Origin: Eledone cirrhosa
Taxonomy: Eukaryota
DNA length: 64,000 nt
Direction: 5' to 3'
Assembly: GCA_964016885.1 (NCBI GenBank)
Contig: OZ024759.1
Span: 744,001 to 808,000 of the forward strand
Under the pieces are notes generated by a model, which worked only from the letters and a program-made list of their open reading frames with translations, made no database searches and was not told where the DNA came from. Positions 31,401 through 48,100 of this stretch are shown here, one piece after another. Every line of letters begins with the position of its first letter. Within the stretch, counting starts at the first letter, position 1. The translations under genes were made by a program, and so were the position numbers.

Positions 31401-34400
31401 ATGACACAGTCTATATTAGTAACATGATTAGGTCTATATAGGTAGCATGACAAAGTCTATATTAGTAACATGACAAAGTCTATATTAGTAACATGACAGT
31501 CTATATTAGTAACATGACAAAGTCTATATTAGTAGCATGACAAAGTCTATATTAGTAGCATGACAAAGTCTATATTAGTAGCATGACACAGTCTATATTA
31601 GTAACATGACACAGTCTATATTAGTAACATGACACAGTCTATATTAGTAACATGACACAGTCTATATTAGTAACATGACAAAGTCTATATTAGTAGCATG
31701 ACAAAGTCTATATTAGTAATATGACAGTCTATATTAGTAACATGACAAAGTCTATATTAGTAGCATGACAAAGTCTATATTAGTAGCATGACACAGTCTA
31801 TATTAGTAACATGACACAGTCTATATTAGTAACATGACACAGTCTATATTAGTAACATGATTAGGTCTATATAAGTAGCATGACAAAGTCTATATTAGTA
31901 ACATGACAAAGTCTATATTAGTAACATGACACAGTCTATATTAGTAACATGACAAAGTCTATATTAGTAACATGACAAAGTCTATATTAGTAACATGACA
32001 CAGTCTATATTAGTAACATGACAAAGTCTATATTAGTAACATGACACTGTCTATATTAGTAACTTGACAAAGTCTATATTAGTAACATGACACAGTCTAT
32101 ATTAGTAACATGACACAGTCTATATTAGTAACATGACAAAGTCTATATTAGTAACATGACACAGTCTATATTAGTAACATGACAATCTATATTAGTAACA
32201 TGACACAGTCTATATTAGTAACATGACAAAGTCTATATTAGTAGCATGACAAAGTCTATATTAGTAATATGACAGTCTATATTAGTAACATGACAAAGTC
32301 TATATTAGTAGCATGACAAAGTCTATATTAGTAGCATGACACAGTCTATATTAGTAACATGACACAGTCTATATTAGTAACATGACACAGTCTATATTAG
32401 TAACATGATTAGGTCTATATAAGTAGCATGACAAAGTCTATATTAGTAACATGACAAAGTCTATATTAGTAACATGACACAGTCTATATTAGTAACATGA
32501 CAAAGTCTATATTAGTAACATGACAAAGTCTATATTAGTAACATGACACAGTCTATATTAGTAACATGACAAAGTCTATATTAGTAGCATGACAAAGTCT
32601 ATATTAGTAGCATGACACAGTCTATATTAGTAACATGACACAGTCTATATTAGTAACATGACACAGTCTATATTAGTAACATGACACAGTCTATATTAGT
32701 AACATGACACAGTCTATATTAGTAACATGACACAGTCTATATTTGTAACATGACATAGTCTATATTAGTAACATGACAGTCTATATTGTAACATGACACA
32801 GTCTATATTAGTAACATGACACAGTCTATATTAGTAACATGACAAAGTCTATATTAGTAGCATGACACAGTCTATATTAGTAACATGACACAGTCTATAT
32901 TAGTAACATGACAGTCTATATTAGTAACATGACAAAGTCTATATTAGTAGCATGACAAAGTCTATATTAGTAACATGACACAGTCTATATTAGTAACATG
33001 ACAATCTATATTAGTAACATGACACAGTCTATATTAGTAACATGACAAAGTCTATATTAGTAGCATGACAAAGTCTATATTAGTAATATGACAGTCTATA
33101 TTAGTAACATGACAAAGTCTATATTAGTAGCATGACAAAGTCTATATTAGTAGCATGACACAGTCTATATTAGTAACATGACACAGTCTATATTAGTAAC
33201 ATGACACAGTCTATATTAGTAACATGATTAGGTCTATATAAGTAGCATGACAAAGTCTATATTAGTAACATGACAAAGTCTATATTAGTAACATGACACA
33301 GTCTATATTAGTAACATGACAAAGTCTATATTAGTAACATGACAAAGTCTATATTAGTAACATGACACAGTCTATATTAGTAACATGACAAAGTCTATAT
33401 TAGTAACATGACACTGTCTATATTAGTAACTTGACAAAGTCTATATTAGTAACATGACACAGTCTATATTAGTAACATGACACAGTCTATATTAGTAACA
33501 TGACAAAGTCTATATTAGTAACATGACACAGTCTATATTAGTAACATGACAATCTATATTAGTAACATGACACAGTCTATATTAGTAACATGACAAAGTC
33601 TATATTAGTAGCATGACAAAGTCTATATTAGTAATATGACAGTCTATATTAGTAACATGACAAAGTCTATATTAGTAGCATGACAAAGTCTATATTAGTA
33701 GCATGACACAGTCTATATTAGTAACATGACACAGTCTATATTAGTAACATGACACAGTCTATATTAGTAACATGATTAGGTCTATATAAGTAGCATGACA
33801 AAGTCTATATTAGTAACATGACAAAGTCTATATTAGTAACATGACACAGTCTATATTAGTAACATGACAAAGTCTATATTAGTAACATGACAAAGTCTAT
33901 ATTAGTAACATGACACAGTCTATATTAGTAACATGACAAAGTCTATATTAGTAGCATGACAAAGTCTATATTAGTAGCATGACACAGTCTATATTAGTAA
34001 CATGACACAGTCTATATTAGTAACATGACACAGTCTATATTAGTAACATGATTAGGTCTATATAAGTAGCATGACAAAGTCTATATTTGTAACATGACAT
34101 AGTCTATATTAGTAACATGACAAAGTCTATATTAGTAACATGACAGTCTATATTGTAACATGACACAGTCTATATTAGTAACATGACACAGTCTATATTA
34201 GTAACATGACAAAGTCTATATTAGTAGCATGACACAGTCTATATTAGTAACATGACACAGTCTATATTAGTAACATGACAGTCTATATTAGTAACATGAC
34301 AAAGTCTATATTAGTAGCATGACAAAGTCTATATTAGTAACATGACACAGTCTATATTAGTAACATGACAATCTATATTAGTAACATGACACAGTCTATA

Positions 34401-34660
34401 TTAGTAACATGACAAAGTCTATATTAGTAGCATGACAAAGTCTATATTAGTAATATGACAGTCTATATTAGTAACATGACAAAGTCTATATTAGTAGCAT
34501 GACAAAGTCTATATTAGTAGCATGACACAGTCTATATTAGTAACATGACACAGTCTATATTAGTAACATGACACAGTCTATATTAGTAACATGATTAGGT
34601 CTATATAGGTAGCATGACAAAGTCTATATTAGTAACATGACAAAGTCTATATTAGTAACA
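28480..34660. repeat. 3167-bp duplication containing nested 1367- and 548-bp periods
   Basis: GATTAGG at 28692, 29240, 30059, 30607, 30883, 31426, 31859, 32407, 33226, 33774, 34050, 34593; spacings 548,819,548,276,543,433,548,819,548,276,543. The private ATAGGT sub-variant follows only the copies at 31426 and 34593. Confidence 0.92.
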
Positions 34661-35589
34661 TGACACAGTCTATATTAGTAACATGACAAAGTCTATATTA
34701 GTAACATGACAAAGTCTATATTAGTAACATGACACAGTCTATATTAGTAACATGACAAAGTCTATATTAGTAACATGACACTGTCTATATTAGTAACTTG
34801 ACAAAGTCTATATTAGTAACATGACACAGTCTATATTAGTAACATGACACAGTCTATATTAGTAACATGACAAAGTCTATATTAGTAGCATGACAAAGTC
34901 TATATTAGTAACATGACAAAGTCTATATTAGTAACATGACACAGTCTATATTAGTAACATGACAAAGTCTATATTAGTAGCATGACAAAGTCTATATTAG
35001 TAACATGACAAAGTCTATATTAGTAACATGACACAGTCTATATTAGTAACATGACACAGTGTATATTAGTAACATGACACAGTCTATATTAGTAACATGG
35101 CAAAGTCTATATTAGTAACATGACAAAGTCTATATTAGTAACATGACAAGGTCTATATTAGTAACATGACACAGTCTATATTAGTAACATAACACAGTCT
35201 ATATTAGTAACATGACAGTCTATATTAGTAACATGACAAAGTCTATATTAGTAGCATGACAAAGTCTATATTAGTAACATGACACAGTCTATATTAGTAA
35301 CATGACAAGGTCTATATTAGTAACATGACAAAGTCTATATTAGTAATATGACAAAGTCTATATTAGTAACATGACAAAGTCTATATTAGTAACATGACAC
35401 AGTCTATATTAGTAACATGACAGTCTATATTAGTAACATGACAAAGTCTATATTAGTAGCGTGACAAAGTCTATATTAGTAACATGACACAGTCTATATT
35501 AGTAACATGACAATCTATATTCGTAACATGACACAGTCTATATTAGTAACATGACAAAGTCTATATTAGTAGCATGACAAAGTCTATAT

Positions 35590-38380
35590 TAGTAACATGA
35601 CAGTCTATATTAGTAACATGCCAAAGTCTATATTAGTAGCATGACAAAGTCTATATTAGTAGCATGACAAAGTCTATATTAGTAACATGACAAAGTCTAT
35701 ATTAGTAACATGACACAGTCTATATTAGTAACATGACAAAGTCTATATTAGTAACATGACAAAGTCTATATTAGTAACATGACACAGTGTATATTAGTAA
35801 TATGAAAGTCTATATTAGTAGCATGACAAAGTCTATATTAGTAACATGACAAAGTCTATATTAGTAACATGACACAGTCTATATTAGTAACATGACACAG
35901 TCTATATTAGTAACATGACACAGTCTATATTAGTAACATGACAAAGTCTATATTAGTAACATGGCAAAGTCTATATTAGTAACATGACAAAGTCTATATT
36001 AGTAACATGACAAGGTCTATATTAGTAACATGACACAGTCTATATTAGTAACATGACAAAGTCTATATTAGTAACATGACAGTCTATATTAGTAACATGC
36101 CAAAGTCTATATTAGTAGCATGACAAAGTCTATATTAGTAGCATGACACAGTCTATATTAGTAACATGACACAGTCTATATTAGTAACATGACACAGTCT
36201 ATATTAGTAGCATGACAAAGTCTATATTAGTAACATGACAAAGTCTATATTAGTAACATGAGAAAGTCTATATTAGTAACATGACACAGTCTATATTAGT
36301 AACATGACAAAGTCTATATTAGTAACATGACACAGTCTATATTAGTAACATGACACAGTCTATATTAGTAACATGAGAAAGTCTATATTAGTAGCATGAC
36401 CAAGTCTATATTAGTAACATGACAAAGTCTATATTAGTAACATGACACAGTCTATATTAGTAACATGACACAGTCTATATTAGTAACATGACATAGTCTA
36501 TATTAGTAACATGACAAAGTCTATATTAGTAGCATGACACAGTCTAAATTAGTAACATAACACAGTCTATATTAGTAACATGACAGTCTATATTAGTAAC
36601 ATGACACAGTCTATATTAGTAACATAACAAAGTCTATATTAGTAGTATGACAAAGTCTATATTAGTAACATGACAGTCTATATTAGTAACATGACAAAGT
36701 CTATATTAGTAGCATGACAAAGTCTATATTAGTAGCATGACACAGTCTATATTAGTAACATGACACAGTCTATATTAGTAACATGACACAGTCTATATTA
36801 GGAACATGACAAAGTCTACATTAGTAGCATGACAAAGTCTATATTAGTAACATGACAAAGTCTATATTAGTAACATGACACAGTCTATATTAGTAACATG
36901 ACAAAGTCTATATTAGTAACATGACAGTCTATATTAGTAACATGACACAGTCTATATTAGTAACATGACAAAGTCTATATTAGTAACATGACACAGTCTA
37001 TATTAGTAACATGACACAGTCTATATTAGTAACATGACACAGTCTATATTAGTAACATGACACAGTCTATATTTGTAACATGACATAGTCTATATTAGTA
37101 ACATGACAAAGTCTATATTAGTAACATGACAGTCTATATTGTAACATGACACAGTCTATATTAGTAACATGACACAGTCTATATTAGTAACATGACAAAG
37201 TCTATATTAGTAGCATGACACAGTCTATATTAGTAACATGACACAGTCTATATTAGTAACATGACAGTCTATATTAGTAACATGACAAAGTCTATATTAG
37301 TAGCATGACAAAGTCTATATTAGTAACATGACACAGTCTATATTAGTAACATGACAATCTATATTAGTAACATGACACAGTCTATATTAGTAACATGACA
37401 AAGTCTATATTAGTAGCATGACAAAGTCTATATTAGTAATATGACAGTCTATATTAGTAACATGACAAAGTCTATATTAGTAGCATGACAAAGTCTATAT
37501 TAGTAGCATGACACAGTCTATATTAGTAACATGACACAGTCTATATTAGTAACATGACACAGTCTATATTAGTAACATGATTAGGTCTATATAAGTAGCA
37601 TGACAAAGTCTATATTAGTAACATGACAAAGTCTATATTAGTAACATGACACAGTCTATATTAGTAACATGACAAAGTCTATATTAGTAACATGACAAAG
37701 TCTATATTAGTAACATGACACAGTCTATATTAGTAACATGACAAAGTCTATATTAGTAACATGACACTGTCTATATTAGTAACTTGACAAAGTCTATATT
37801 AGTAACATGACACAGTCTATATTAGTAACATGACACAGTCTATATTAGTAACATGACAAAGTCTATATTAGTAACATGACACAGTCTATATTAGTAACAT
37901 GACAATCTATATTAGTAACATGACACAGTCTATATTAGTAACATGACAAAGTCTATATTAGTAGCATGACAAAGTCTATATTAGTAATATGACAGTCTAT
38001 ATTAGTAACATGACAAAGTCTATATTAGTAGCATGACAAAGTCTATATTAGTAGCATGACACAGTCTATATTAGTAACATGACACAGTCTATATTAGTAA
38101 CATGACACAGTCTATATTAGTAACATCATTAGGTCTATATAAGTAGCATGACAAAGTCTATATTAGTAACATGACAAAGTCTATATTAGTAACATGACAC
38201 AGTCTATATTAGTAACATGACAAAGTCTATATTAGTAACATGACAAAGTCTATATTAGTAACATGACACAGTCTATATTAGTAACATGACAAAGTCTATA
38301 TTAGTAGCATGACAAAGTCTATATTAGTAGCATGACACAGTCTATATTAGTAACATGACACAGTCTATATTAGTAACATG
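35590..38380. repeat. Non-adjacent copy of ~26,700-29,490 (offset 8887 bp)
   Basis: GCCAAAG 26733/35620; GATTAGG 28692/37579 and 29240/38127 (mutated to CATTAGG). GAGAAAG, GACCAAG, TAAATT and AGGAAC occur in the same order. Confidence 0.88.
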
Positions 38381-39479
38381 ACAAAGTCTATATTAGTAAC
38401 ATGACACAGTCTATATTAGTAACATGACAGTCTATATTAGTAACATGACAAAGTCTATATTAGTAGCATGACAAAGTCTATATTAGTAACATGACACAGT
38501 CTATATTAGTAACATGACAAAGTCTATATTAGTAGCATGACAAAGTCTATATTAGTAGCATGACAAAGTCTATATTAGTAACATGACACAGTCTATATTA
38601 GTAACATGACAATCTATATTAGTAACATGACACAGTCTATATTAGTAGCATGACAAAGTCTATATTAGTAACATGATTAGGTCTATATAAGTAGCATGAC
38701 AAAGTCTATATTTGTAACATGACATAGTCTATATTAGTAACATGACAAAGTCTATATTAGTAACATGACAGTCTATATTGTAACATGACACAGTCTATAT
38801 TAGTAACATGACACAGTCTATATTAGTAACATGACAAAGTCTATATTAGTAGCATGACACAGTCTATATTAGTAACATGACACAGTCTATATTAGTAACA
38901 TGACAGTCTATATTAGTAACATGACAAAGTCTATATTAGTAGCATGACAAAGTCTATATTAGTAACATGACACAGTCTATATTAGTAACATGACAATCTA
39001 TATTAGTAACATGACACAGTCTATATTAGTAACATGACAAAGTCTATATTAGTAGCATGACAAAGTCTATATTAGTAATATGACAGTCTATATTAGTAAC
39101 ATGACAAAGTCTATATTAGTAGCATGACAAAGTCTATATTAGTAGCATGACACAGTCTATATTAGTAACATGACACAGTCTATATTAGTAACATGACACA
39201 GTCTATATTAGTAACATGATTAGGTCTATATAAGTAGCATGACAAAGTCTATATTAGTAACATGACAAAGTCTATATTAGTAACATGACACAGTCTATAT
39301 TAGTAACATGACAAAGTCTATATTAGTAACATGACAAAGTCTATATTAGTAACATGACACAGTCTATATTAGTAACATGACAAAGTCTATATTAGTAACA
39401 TGACACAGTCTATATTAGTAACATGACAAAGTCTATATTAGTAGCATGACAAAGTCTATATTAGTAACATGACAAAGTC

Positions 39480-41130
39480 TATATTAGTAACATGACACAG
39501 TCTATATTAGTAACATGACACAGTGTATATTAGTAACATGACACAGTCTATATTAGTAACATGGCAAAGTCTATATTAGTAACATGACAAAGTCTATATT
39601 AGTAACATGACAAGGTCTATATTAGTAACATGACACAGTCTATATTAGTAACATAACACAGTCTATATTAGTAACATGACAGTCTATATTAGTAACATGA
39701 CAAAGTCTATATTAGTAGCATGACAAAGTCTATATTAGTAACATGACACAGTCTATATTAGTAACATGACAAGGTCTATATTAGTAACATGACAAAGTCT
39801 ATATTAGTAACATGACAAAGTCTATATTAGTAACATGACAAAGTCTATATTAGTAACATGACACAGTCTATATTAGTAACATGACAGTCTATATTAGTAA
39901 CATGACAAAGTCTATATTAGTAGCATGACAAAGTCTATATTAGTAACATGACACAGTCTATATTAGTAACATGACAATCTATATTCGTAACATGACACAG
40001 TCTATATTAGTAACATGACAAAGTCTATATTAGTAGCATGACAAAGTCTATATTAGTAACATGACAGTCTATATTAGTAACATGACAAAGTCTATATTAG
40101 TAGCATGACAAAGTCTATATTAGTAGCATGACACAGTCTATATTAGTAACATGACACAGTCTATATTAGTAACATGGCACAGTCTATATTAGTAACATGA
40201 CAAAGTCTATATTAGTAGCATGACAAAGTCTATATTAGTAACATGACAAAGTCTATATTAGTAACATGACACATTCTATATTAGTAACATGACAAAGTCT
40301 ATATTAGTAACATGACAAAGTCTATATTAGTAACATGACACAGTCTATATTAGTAACATGACAAAGTCTATATTAGTAACATGACACTGTCTATATTAGT
40401 AACTTGACAAAGTCTATATTAGTAACATGACACAGTCTATATAAGTAACATGACACAGTCTATATTAGTAACATGACAAAGTCTATATTAGTAGCATGAC
40501 AAAGTCTATATTAGTAACATGACACAGTCTATATTAGTAACATGACAGTCTATATTAGTAGCATGACAAAGTCTATATTAGTAACATGACACAGTCTATA
40601 TTAGTAACATGACAAAGTCTATATTAGTAACATGACACAGTCTATATTAGTAACATGACAAAGTCTATATTAGTAACATGACACAGTCTATATTAGTAAC
40701 ATGACAAAGTCTATATTAGTAGCATGACAAAGTCTATATTAGTAACATGACACAGTCTATATTAGTAACATGACAAAGTCTATATTAGTAACATGACAAA
40801 GTCTATATTAGTAACATGACAAAGTCTATATTAGTAACATGACAAAGTCTATATTAGTAACATGACACAGTCTATATTAGTAACATGACACAGTCTATAT
40901 TAGTAACATGACACAGTCTATATTAGTAACATGACACAGTCTATATTAGTAACATGACAAAGTCTATATTAGTAACATGGCAAAGTCTATATTAGTAACA
41001 TGACAAAGTCTATATTAGTAACATGACATGGTCTATATTAGTAACATGACACAGTCTATATTAGTAACATGACACAGTCTATATTAGTAACATGACAGTC
41101 TATATTAGTAACATGACAAAGTCTATATTA
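39480..41130. repeat. Non-adjacent copy of ~5,880-7,530 (offset 33,600 bp)
   Basis: Lines 39541-41101 reproduce lines 5941-7501 in register with few substitutions. GACATGG at 7425/41025 and ATAAGTAAC at 6841/40441. Confidence 0.88.
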
Positions 41131-41369
41131 GTAGCATGACAAAGTCTATATTAGTAACATGACACAGTCTATATTAGTAACATGACACAGTCTATATTAG
41201 TAACATGACAGTCTATATTGTAACATGACACAGTCTATATTAGTAACATGACACAGTCTATATTAGTAACATGACAAAGTCTATATTAGGAACATGACAA
41301 AGTCTATATTAGTAGCATGACAAAGTCTATATTAGTAACATGACAAAGTCTATATTAGTAACATGACAC

Positions 41370-44300
41370 AGTCTATATTAGTAACATGACAAAGTCTATA
41401 TTAGTAACATGACAGTCTATATTAGTAACATGACACAGTCTATATTAGTAACATGACAAAGTCTATATTAGTAACATGACACAGTCTATATTAGTAACAT
41501 GACACAGTCTATATTAGTAACATGACACAGTCTATATTAGTAACATGACACAGTCTATATTTGTAACATGACATAGTCTATATTAGTAACATGACAAAGT
41601 CTATATTAGTAACATGACAGTCTATATTGTAACATGACACAGTCTATATTAGTAACATGACACAGTCTATATTAGTAACATGACAAAGTCTATATTAGTA
41701 GCATGACACAGTCTATATTAGTAACATGACACAGTCTATATTAGTAACATGACAGTCTATATTAGTAACATGACAAAGTCTATATTAGTAGCATGACAAA
41801 GTCTATATTAGTAACATGACACAGTCTATATTAGTAACATGACAATCTATATTAGTAACATGACACAGTCTATATTAGTAACATGACAAAGTCTATATTA
41901 GTAGCATGACAAAGTCTATATTAGTAATATGACAGTCTATATTAGTAACATGACAAAGTCTATATTAGTAGCATGACACAGTCTATATTAGTAACATGAC
42001 ACAGTCTATATTAGTAACATGACACAGTCTATATTAGTAACATGATTAGGTCTATATAAGTAGCATGACAAAGTCTATATTAGTAACATGACAAAGTCTA
42101 TATTAGTAACATGACACAGTCTATATTAGTAACATGACAAAGTCTATATTAGTAACATGACAAAGTCTATATTAGTAACATGACACAGTCTATATTAGTA
42201 ACATGACAAAGTCTATATTAGTAACATGACACTGTCTATATTAGTAACTTGACAAAGTCTATATTAGTAACATGACACAGTCTATATTAGTAACATGACA
42301 CAGTCTATATTAGTAACATGACAAAGTCTATATTAGTAGCATGACACAGTCTATATTAGTAACATGACAAAGTCTATATTAGTAGCATGACAAAGTCTAT
42401 ATTAGTAACATGACACAGTCTATATTAGTAACATGACAATCTATATTAGTAACATGACACAGTCTATATTAGTAACATGACAAAGTCTATATTAGTAACA
42501 TGACACAGTCTATATTAGTAACATGACAAAGTCTATATTAGTAGCATGACAAAGTCTATATTAGTAACATGACAAAGTCTATATTAGTAACATGACACAG
42601 TCTATATTAGTAACATGACAAAGTCTATATTAGTAACATGACACAGTCTATATTAGTAACATGACAAAGTCTATATTAGTAGCATGACAAAGTCTATATT
42701 AGTAACATGACACAGTCTATATTAGTAACATGACAAAGTCTATATTAGTAACATGACAAAGTCTATATTAGTAACATGACAAAGTCTATATTAGTAACAT
42801 GACAAAGTCTATATTAGTAACATGACACAGTCTATATTAGTAACATGACAGTCTATATTAGTAGCATGACAAAGTCTATATTAGTAACATGACAAAGTCT
42901 ATATTAGTAACATGACACAGTCTATATTAGTAACATGACACAGTCTATATTATTAACATGACACAGTGTATATTAGTAACATGACACAGTCTATATTAGT
43001 AACATGGCAAAGTCTATATTAGTAACATGACAAAGTCTATATTAGTAACATGACAAGGTCTATATTAGTAACATGACACAGTCTATATTAGTAACATAAC
43101 ACAGTCTATATTAGTAACATGACAGTCTATATTAGTAACATGACAAAGTCTATATTAGTAGCATGACAAAGTCTATATTAGTAACATGACACAGTCTATA
43201 TTAGTAACATGACAAGGTCTATATTAGTAACATGACAAAGTCTATATTAGTAACATGACAAAGTCTATATTAGTAACATGACAAAGTCTATATTAGTAAC
43301 ATGACAGTCTATATTAGTAACATGACACAGTCTATATTAGTAACATGACAAAGTCTATATTAGTAACATGACACAGTCTATATTAGTAACATGACACAGT
43401 CTATATTAGTAACATGACACAGTCTATATTAGTAACATGACACAGTCTATATTTGTAACATGACATAGTCTATATTAGTAACATGACAAAGTCTATATTA
43501 GTAACATGACAGTCTATATTGTAACATGACACAGTCTATATTAGTAACATGACACAGTCTATATTAGTAACATGACAAAGTCTATATTAGTAGCATGACA
43601 CAGTCTATATTAGTAACATGACACAGTCTATATTAGTAACATGACAGTCTATATTAGTAACATGACAAAGTCTATATTAGTAGCATGACAAAGTCTATAT
43701 TAGTAACATGACACAGTCTATATTAGTAACATGACAATCTATATTAGTAACATGACACAGTCTATATTAGTAACATGACAAAGTCTATATTAGTAGCATG
43801 ACAAAGTCTATATTAGTAATATGACAGTCTATATTAGTAACATGACAAAGTCTATATTAGTAGCATGACACAGTCTATATTAGTAACATGACACAGTCTA
43901 TATTAGTAACATGACACAGTCTATATTAGTAACATGATTAGGTCTATATAAGTAGCATGACAAAGTCTATATTAGTAACATGACAAAGTCTATATTAGTA
44001 ACATGACACAGTCTATATTAGTAACATGACAAAGTCTATATTAGTAACATGACAAAGTCTATATTAGTAACATGACACAGTCTATATTAGTAACATGACA
44101 AAGTCTATATTAGTAACATGACACTGTCTATATTAGTAACTTGACAAAGTCTATATTAGTAACATGACACAGTCTATATTAGTAACATGACACAGTCTAT
44201 ATTAGTAACATGACAAAGTCTATATTAGTAGCATGACACAGTCTATATTAGTAACATGACAAAGTCTATATTAGTAGCATGACAAAGTCTATATTAGTAA

Positions 44301-45195
44301 CATGACACAGTCTATATTAGTAACATGACAATCTATATTAGTAACATGACACAGTCTATATTAGTAACATGACAAAGTCTATATTAGTAACATGACACAG
44401 TCTATATTAGTAACATGACAAAGTCTATATTAGTAGCATGACAAAGTCTATATTAGTAACATGACAAAGTCTATATTAGTAACATGACACAGTCTATATT
44501 AGTAACATGACAAAGTCTATATTAGTAACATGACACAGTCTATATTAGTAACATGACAAAGTCTATATTAGTAGCATGACAAAGTCTATATTAGTAACAT
44601 GACACAGTCTATATTAGTAACATGACAAAGTCTATATTAGTAACATGACAAAGTCTATATTAGTAACATGACAAAGTCTATATTAGTAACATGACAAAGT
44701 CTATATTAGTAACATGACACAGTCTATATTAGTAACATGACAGTCTATATTAGTAGCATGACAAAGTCTATATTAGTAACATGACAAAGTCTATATTAGT
44801 AACATGACACAGTCTATATTAGTAACATGACACAGTCTATATTATTAACATGACACAGTGTATATTAGTAACATGACACAGTCTATATTAGTAACATGGC
44901 AAAGTCTATATTAGTAACATGACAAAGTCTATATTAGTAACATGACAAGGTCTATATTAGTAACATGACACAGTCTATATTAGTAACATAACACAGTCTA
45001 TATTAGTAACATGACAGTCTATATTAGTAACATGACAAAGTCTATATTAGTAGCATGACAAAGTCTATATTAGTAACATGACACAGTCTATATTAGTAAC
45101 ATGACAAGGTCTATATTAGTAACATGACAAAGTCTATATTAGTAACATGACAAAGTCTATATTAGTAACATGACAAAGTCTATATTAGTAACATG
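41370..45195. repeat. 1892-bp tandem duplication
   Basis: GATTAGG 42044/43936 and the G>T in ATTATTAAC (before CAGTGTA) 42953/44845 are both 1892 apart. Confidence 0.9.
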
Positions 45196-48100
45196 ACACA
45201 GTCTATATTAGTAACATGACAGTCTATATTAGTAACATGACAAAGTCTATATTAGTAGCATGACAAAGTCTATATTAGTAACATGACACAGTCTATATTA
45301 GTAACATGACAATCTATATTCGTAACATGACACAGTCTATATTAGTAACATGACAAAGTCTATATTAGTAGCATGACAAAGTCTATATTAGTAACATGAC
45401 AGTCTATATTAGTAACATGACAAAGTCTATATTAGTAGCATGACAAAGTCTATATTAGTAGCATGACACAGTCTATATTAGTAACATGACACAGTCTATA
45501 TTAGTAACATGGCACAGTCTATATTAGTAACATGACAAAGTCTATATTAGTAGCATGACAAAGTCTATATTAGTAACATGACAAAGTCTATATTAGTAAC
45601 ATGACAAAGTCTATATTAGTAACATGACACAGTCTATATTAGTAACATGACAAAGTCTATATTAGTAACATGACACTGTCTATATTAGTAACTTGACAAA
45701 GTCTATATTAGTAACATGACACAGTCTATATAAGTAACATGACACAGTCTATATTAGTAACATGACAAAGTCTATATTAGTAGCATGACAAAGTCTATAT
45801 TAGTAACATGACACAGTCTATATTAGTAACATGACAGTCTATATTAGTAGCATGACAAAGTCTATATTAGTAACATGACACAGTCTATATTAGTAACATG
45901 ACAAAGTCTATATTAGTAACATGACACAGTCTATATTAGTAACATGACAAAGTCTATATTAGTAACATGACACAGTCTATATTAGTAACATGACAAAGTC
46001 TATATTAGTAGCATGACAAAGTCTATATTAGTAACATGACACAGTCTATGTTAGTAACATGACAAAGTCTATATTAGTAACATGACAAAGTCTATATTAG
46101 TAACATGACAAAGTCTATATTAGTAACATGACAAAGTCTATATTAGTAACATGACACAGTCTATATTAGTAACATGACACAGTCTATATTAGTAACATGA
46201 CACAGTCTATATTAGTAACATGACACAGTCTATATTAGTAACATGACAAAGTCTATATTAGTAACATGGCAAAGTCTATATTAGTAACATGACAAAGTCT
46301 ATATTAGTAACATGACATGGTCTATATTAGTAACATGACACAGTCTATATTAGTAACATGACACAGTCTATATTAGTAACATGACAGTCTATATTAGTAA
46401 CATGACAAAGTCTATATTAGTAGCATGACAAAGTCTATATTAGTAATATGACAGTCTATATTAGTAACATGACAAAGTCTATATTAGTAGCATGACACAG
46501 TCTATATTAGTAACATGACACAGTCTATATTAGTAACATGACACAGTCTATATTAGTAACATGATTAGGTCTATATAAGTAGCATGACAAAGTCTATATT
46601 AGTAACATGACAAAGTCTATATTAGTAACATGACACAGTCTATATTAGTAACATGACAAAGTCTATATTAGTAACATGACAAAGTCTATATTAGTAACAT
46701 GACACAGTCTATATTAGTAACATGACAAAGTCTATATTAGTAACATGACACTGTCTATATTAGTAACTTGACAAAGTCTATATTAGTAACATGACACAGT
46801 CTATATTAGTAACATGACACAGTCTATATTAGTAACATGACAAAGTCTATATTAGTAGCATGACACAGTCTATATTAGTAACATGACAAAGTCTATATTA
46901 GTAGCATGACAAAGTCTATATTAGTAACATGACACAGTCTATATTAGTAACATGACAATCTATATTAGTAACATGACACAGTCTATATTAGTAACATGAC
47001 AAAGTCTATATTAGTAACATGACACAGTCTATATTAGTAACATGACAAAGTCTATATTAGTAGCATGACAAAGTCTATATTAGTAACATGACAAAGTCTA
47101 TATTAGTAACATGACACAGTCTATATTAGTAACATGACAAAGTCTATATTAGTAACATGACACAGTCTATATTAGTAACATGACAAAGTCTATATTAGTA
47201 GCATGACAAAGTCTATATTAGTAACATGACACAGTCTATATTAGTAACATGACAAAGTCTATATTAGTAACATGACAAAGTCTATATTAGTAACATGACA
47301 AAGTCTATATTAGTAACATGACAAAGTCTATATTAGTAACATGACACAGTCTATATTAGTAACATGACAGTCTATATTAGTAGCATGACAAAGTCTATAT
47401 TAGTAACATGACAAAGTCTATATTAGTAACATGACACAGTCTATATTAGTAACATGACACAGTCTATATTATTAACATGACACAGTGTATATTAGTAACA
47501 TGACACAGTCTATATTAGTAACATGGCAAAGTCTATATTAGTAACATGACAAAGTCTATATTAGTAACATGACAAGGTCTATATTAGTAACATGACACAG
47601 TCTATATTAGTAACATAACACAGTCTATATTAGTAACATGACAGTCTATATTAGTAACATGACAAAGTCTATATTAGTAGCATGACAAAGTCTATATTAG
47701 TAACATGACACAGTCTATATTAGTAACATGACAAGGTCTATATTAGTAACATGACAAAGTCTATATTAGTAACATGACAAAGTCTATATTAGTAACATGA
47801 CAAAGTCTATATTAGTAACATGACACAGTCTATATTAGTAACATGACAGTCTATATTAGTAACATGACAAAGTCTATATTAGTAGCATGACAAAGTCTAT
47901 ATTAGTAACATGACACAGTCTATATTAGTAACATGACAATCTATATTCGTAACATGACACAGTCTATATTAGTAACATGACAAAGTCTATATTAGTAGCA
48001 TGACAAAGTCTATATTAGTAACATGACAGTCTATATTAGTAACATGACAAAGTCTATATTAGTAGCATGACAAAGTCTATATTAGTAGCATGACACAGTC

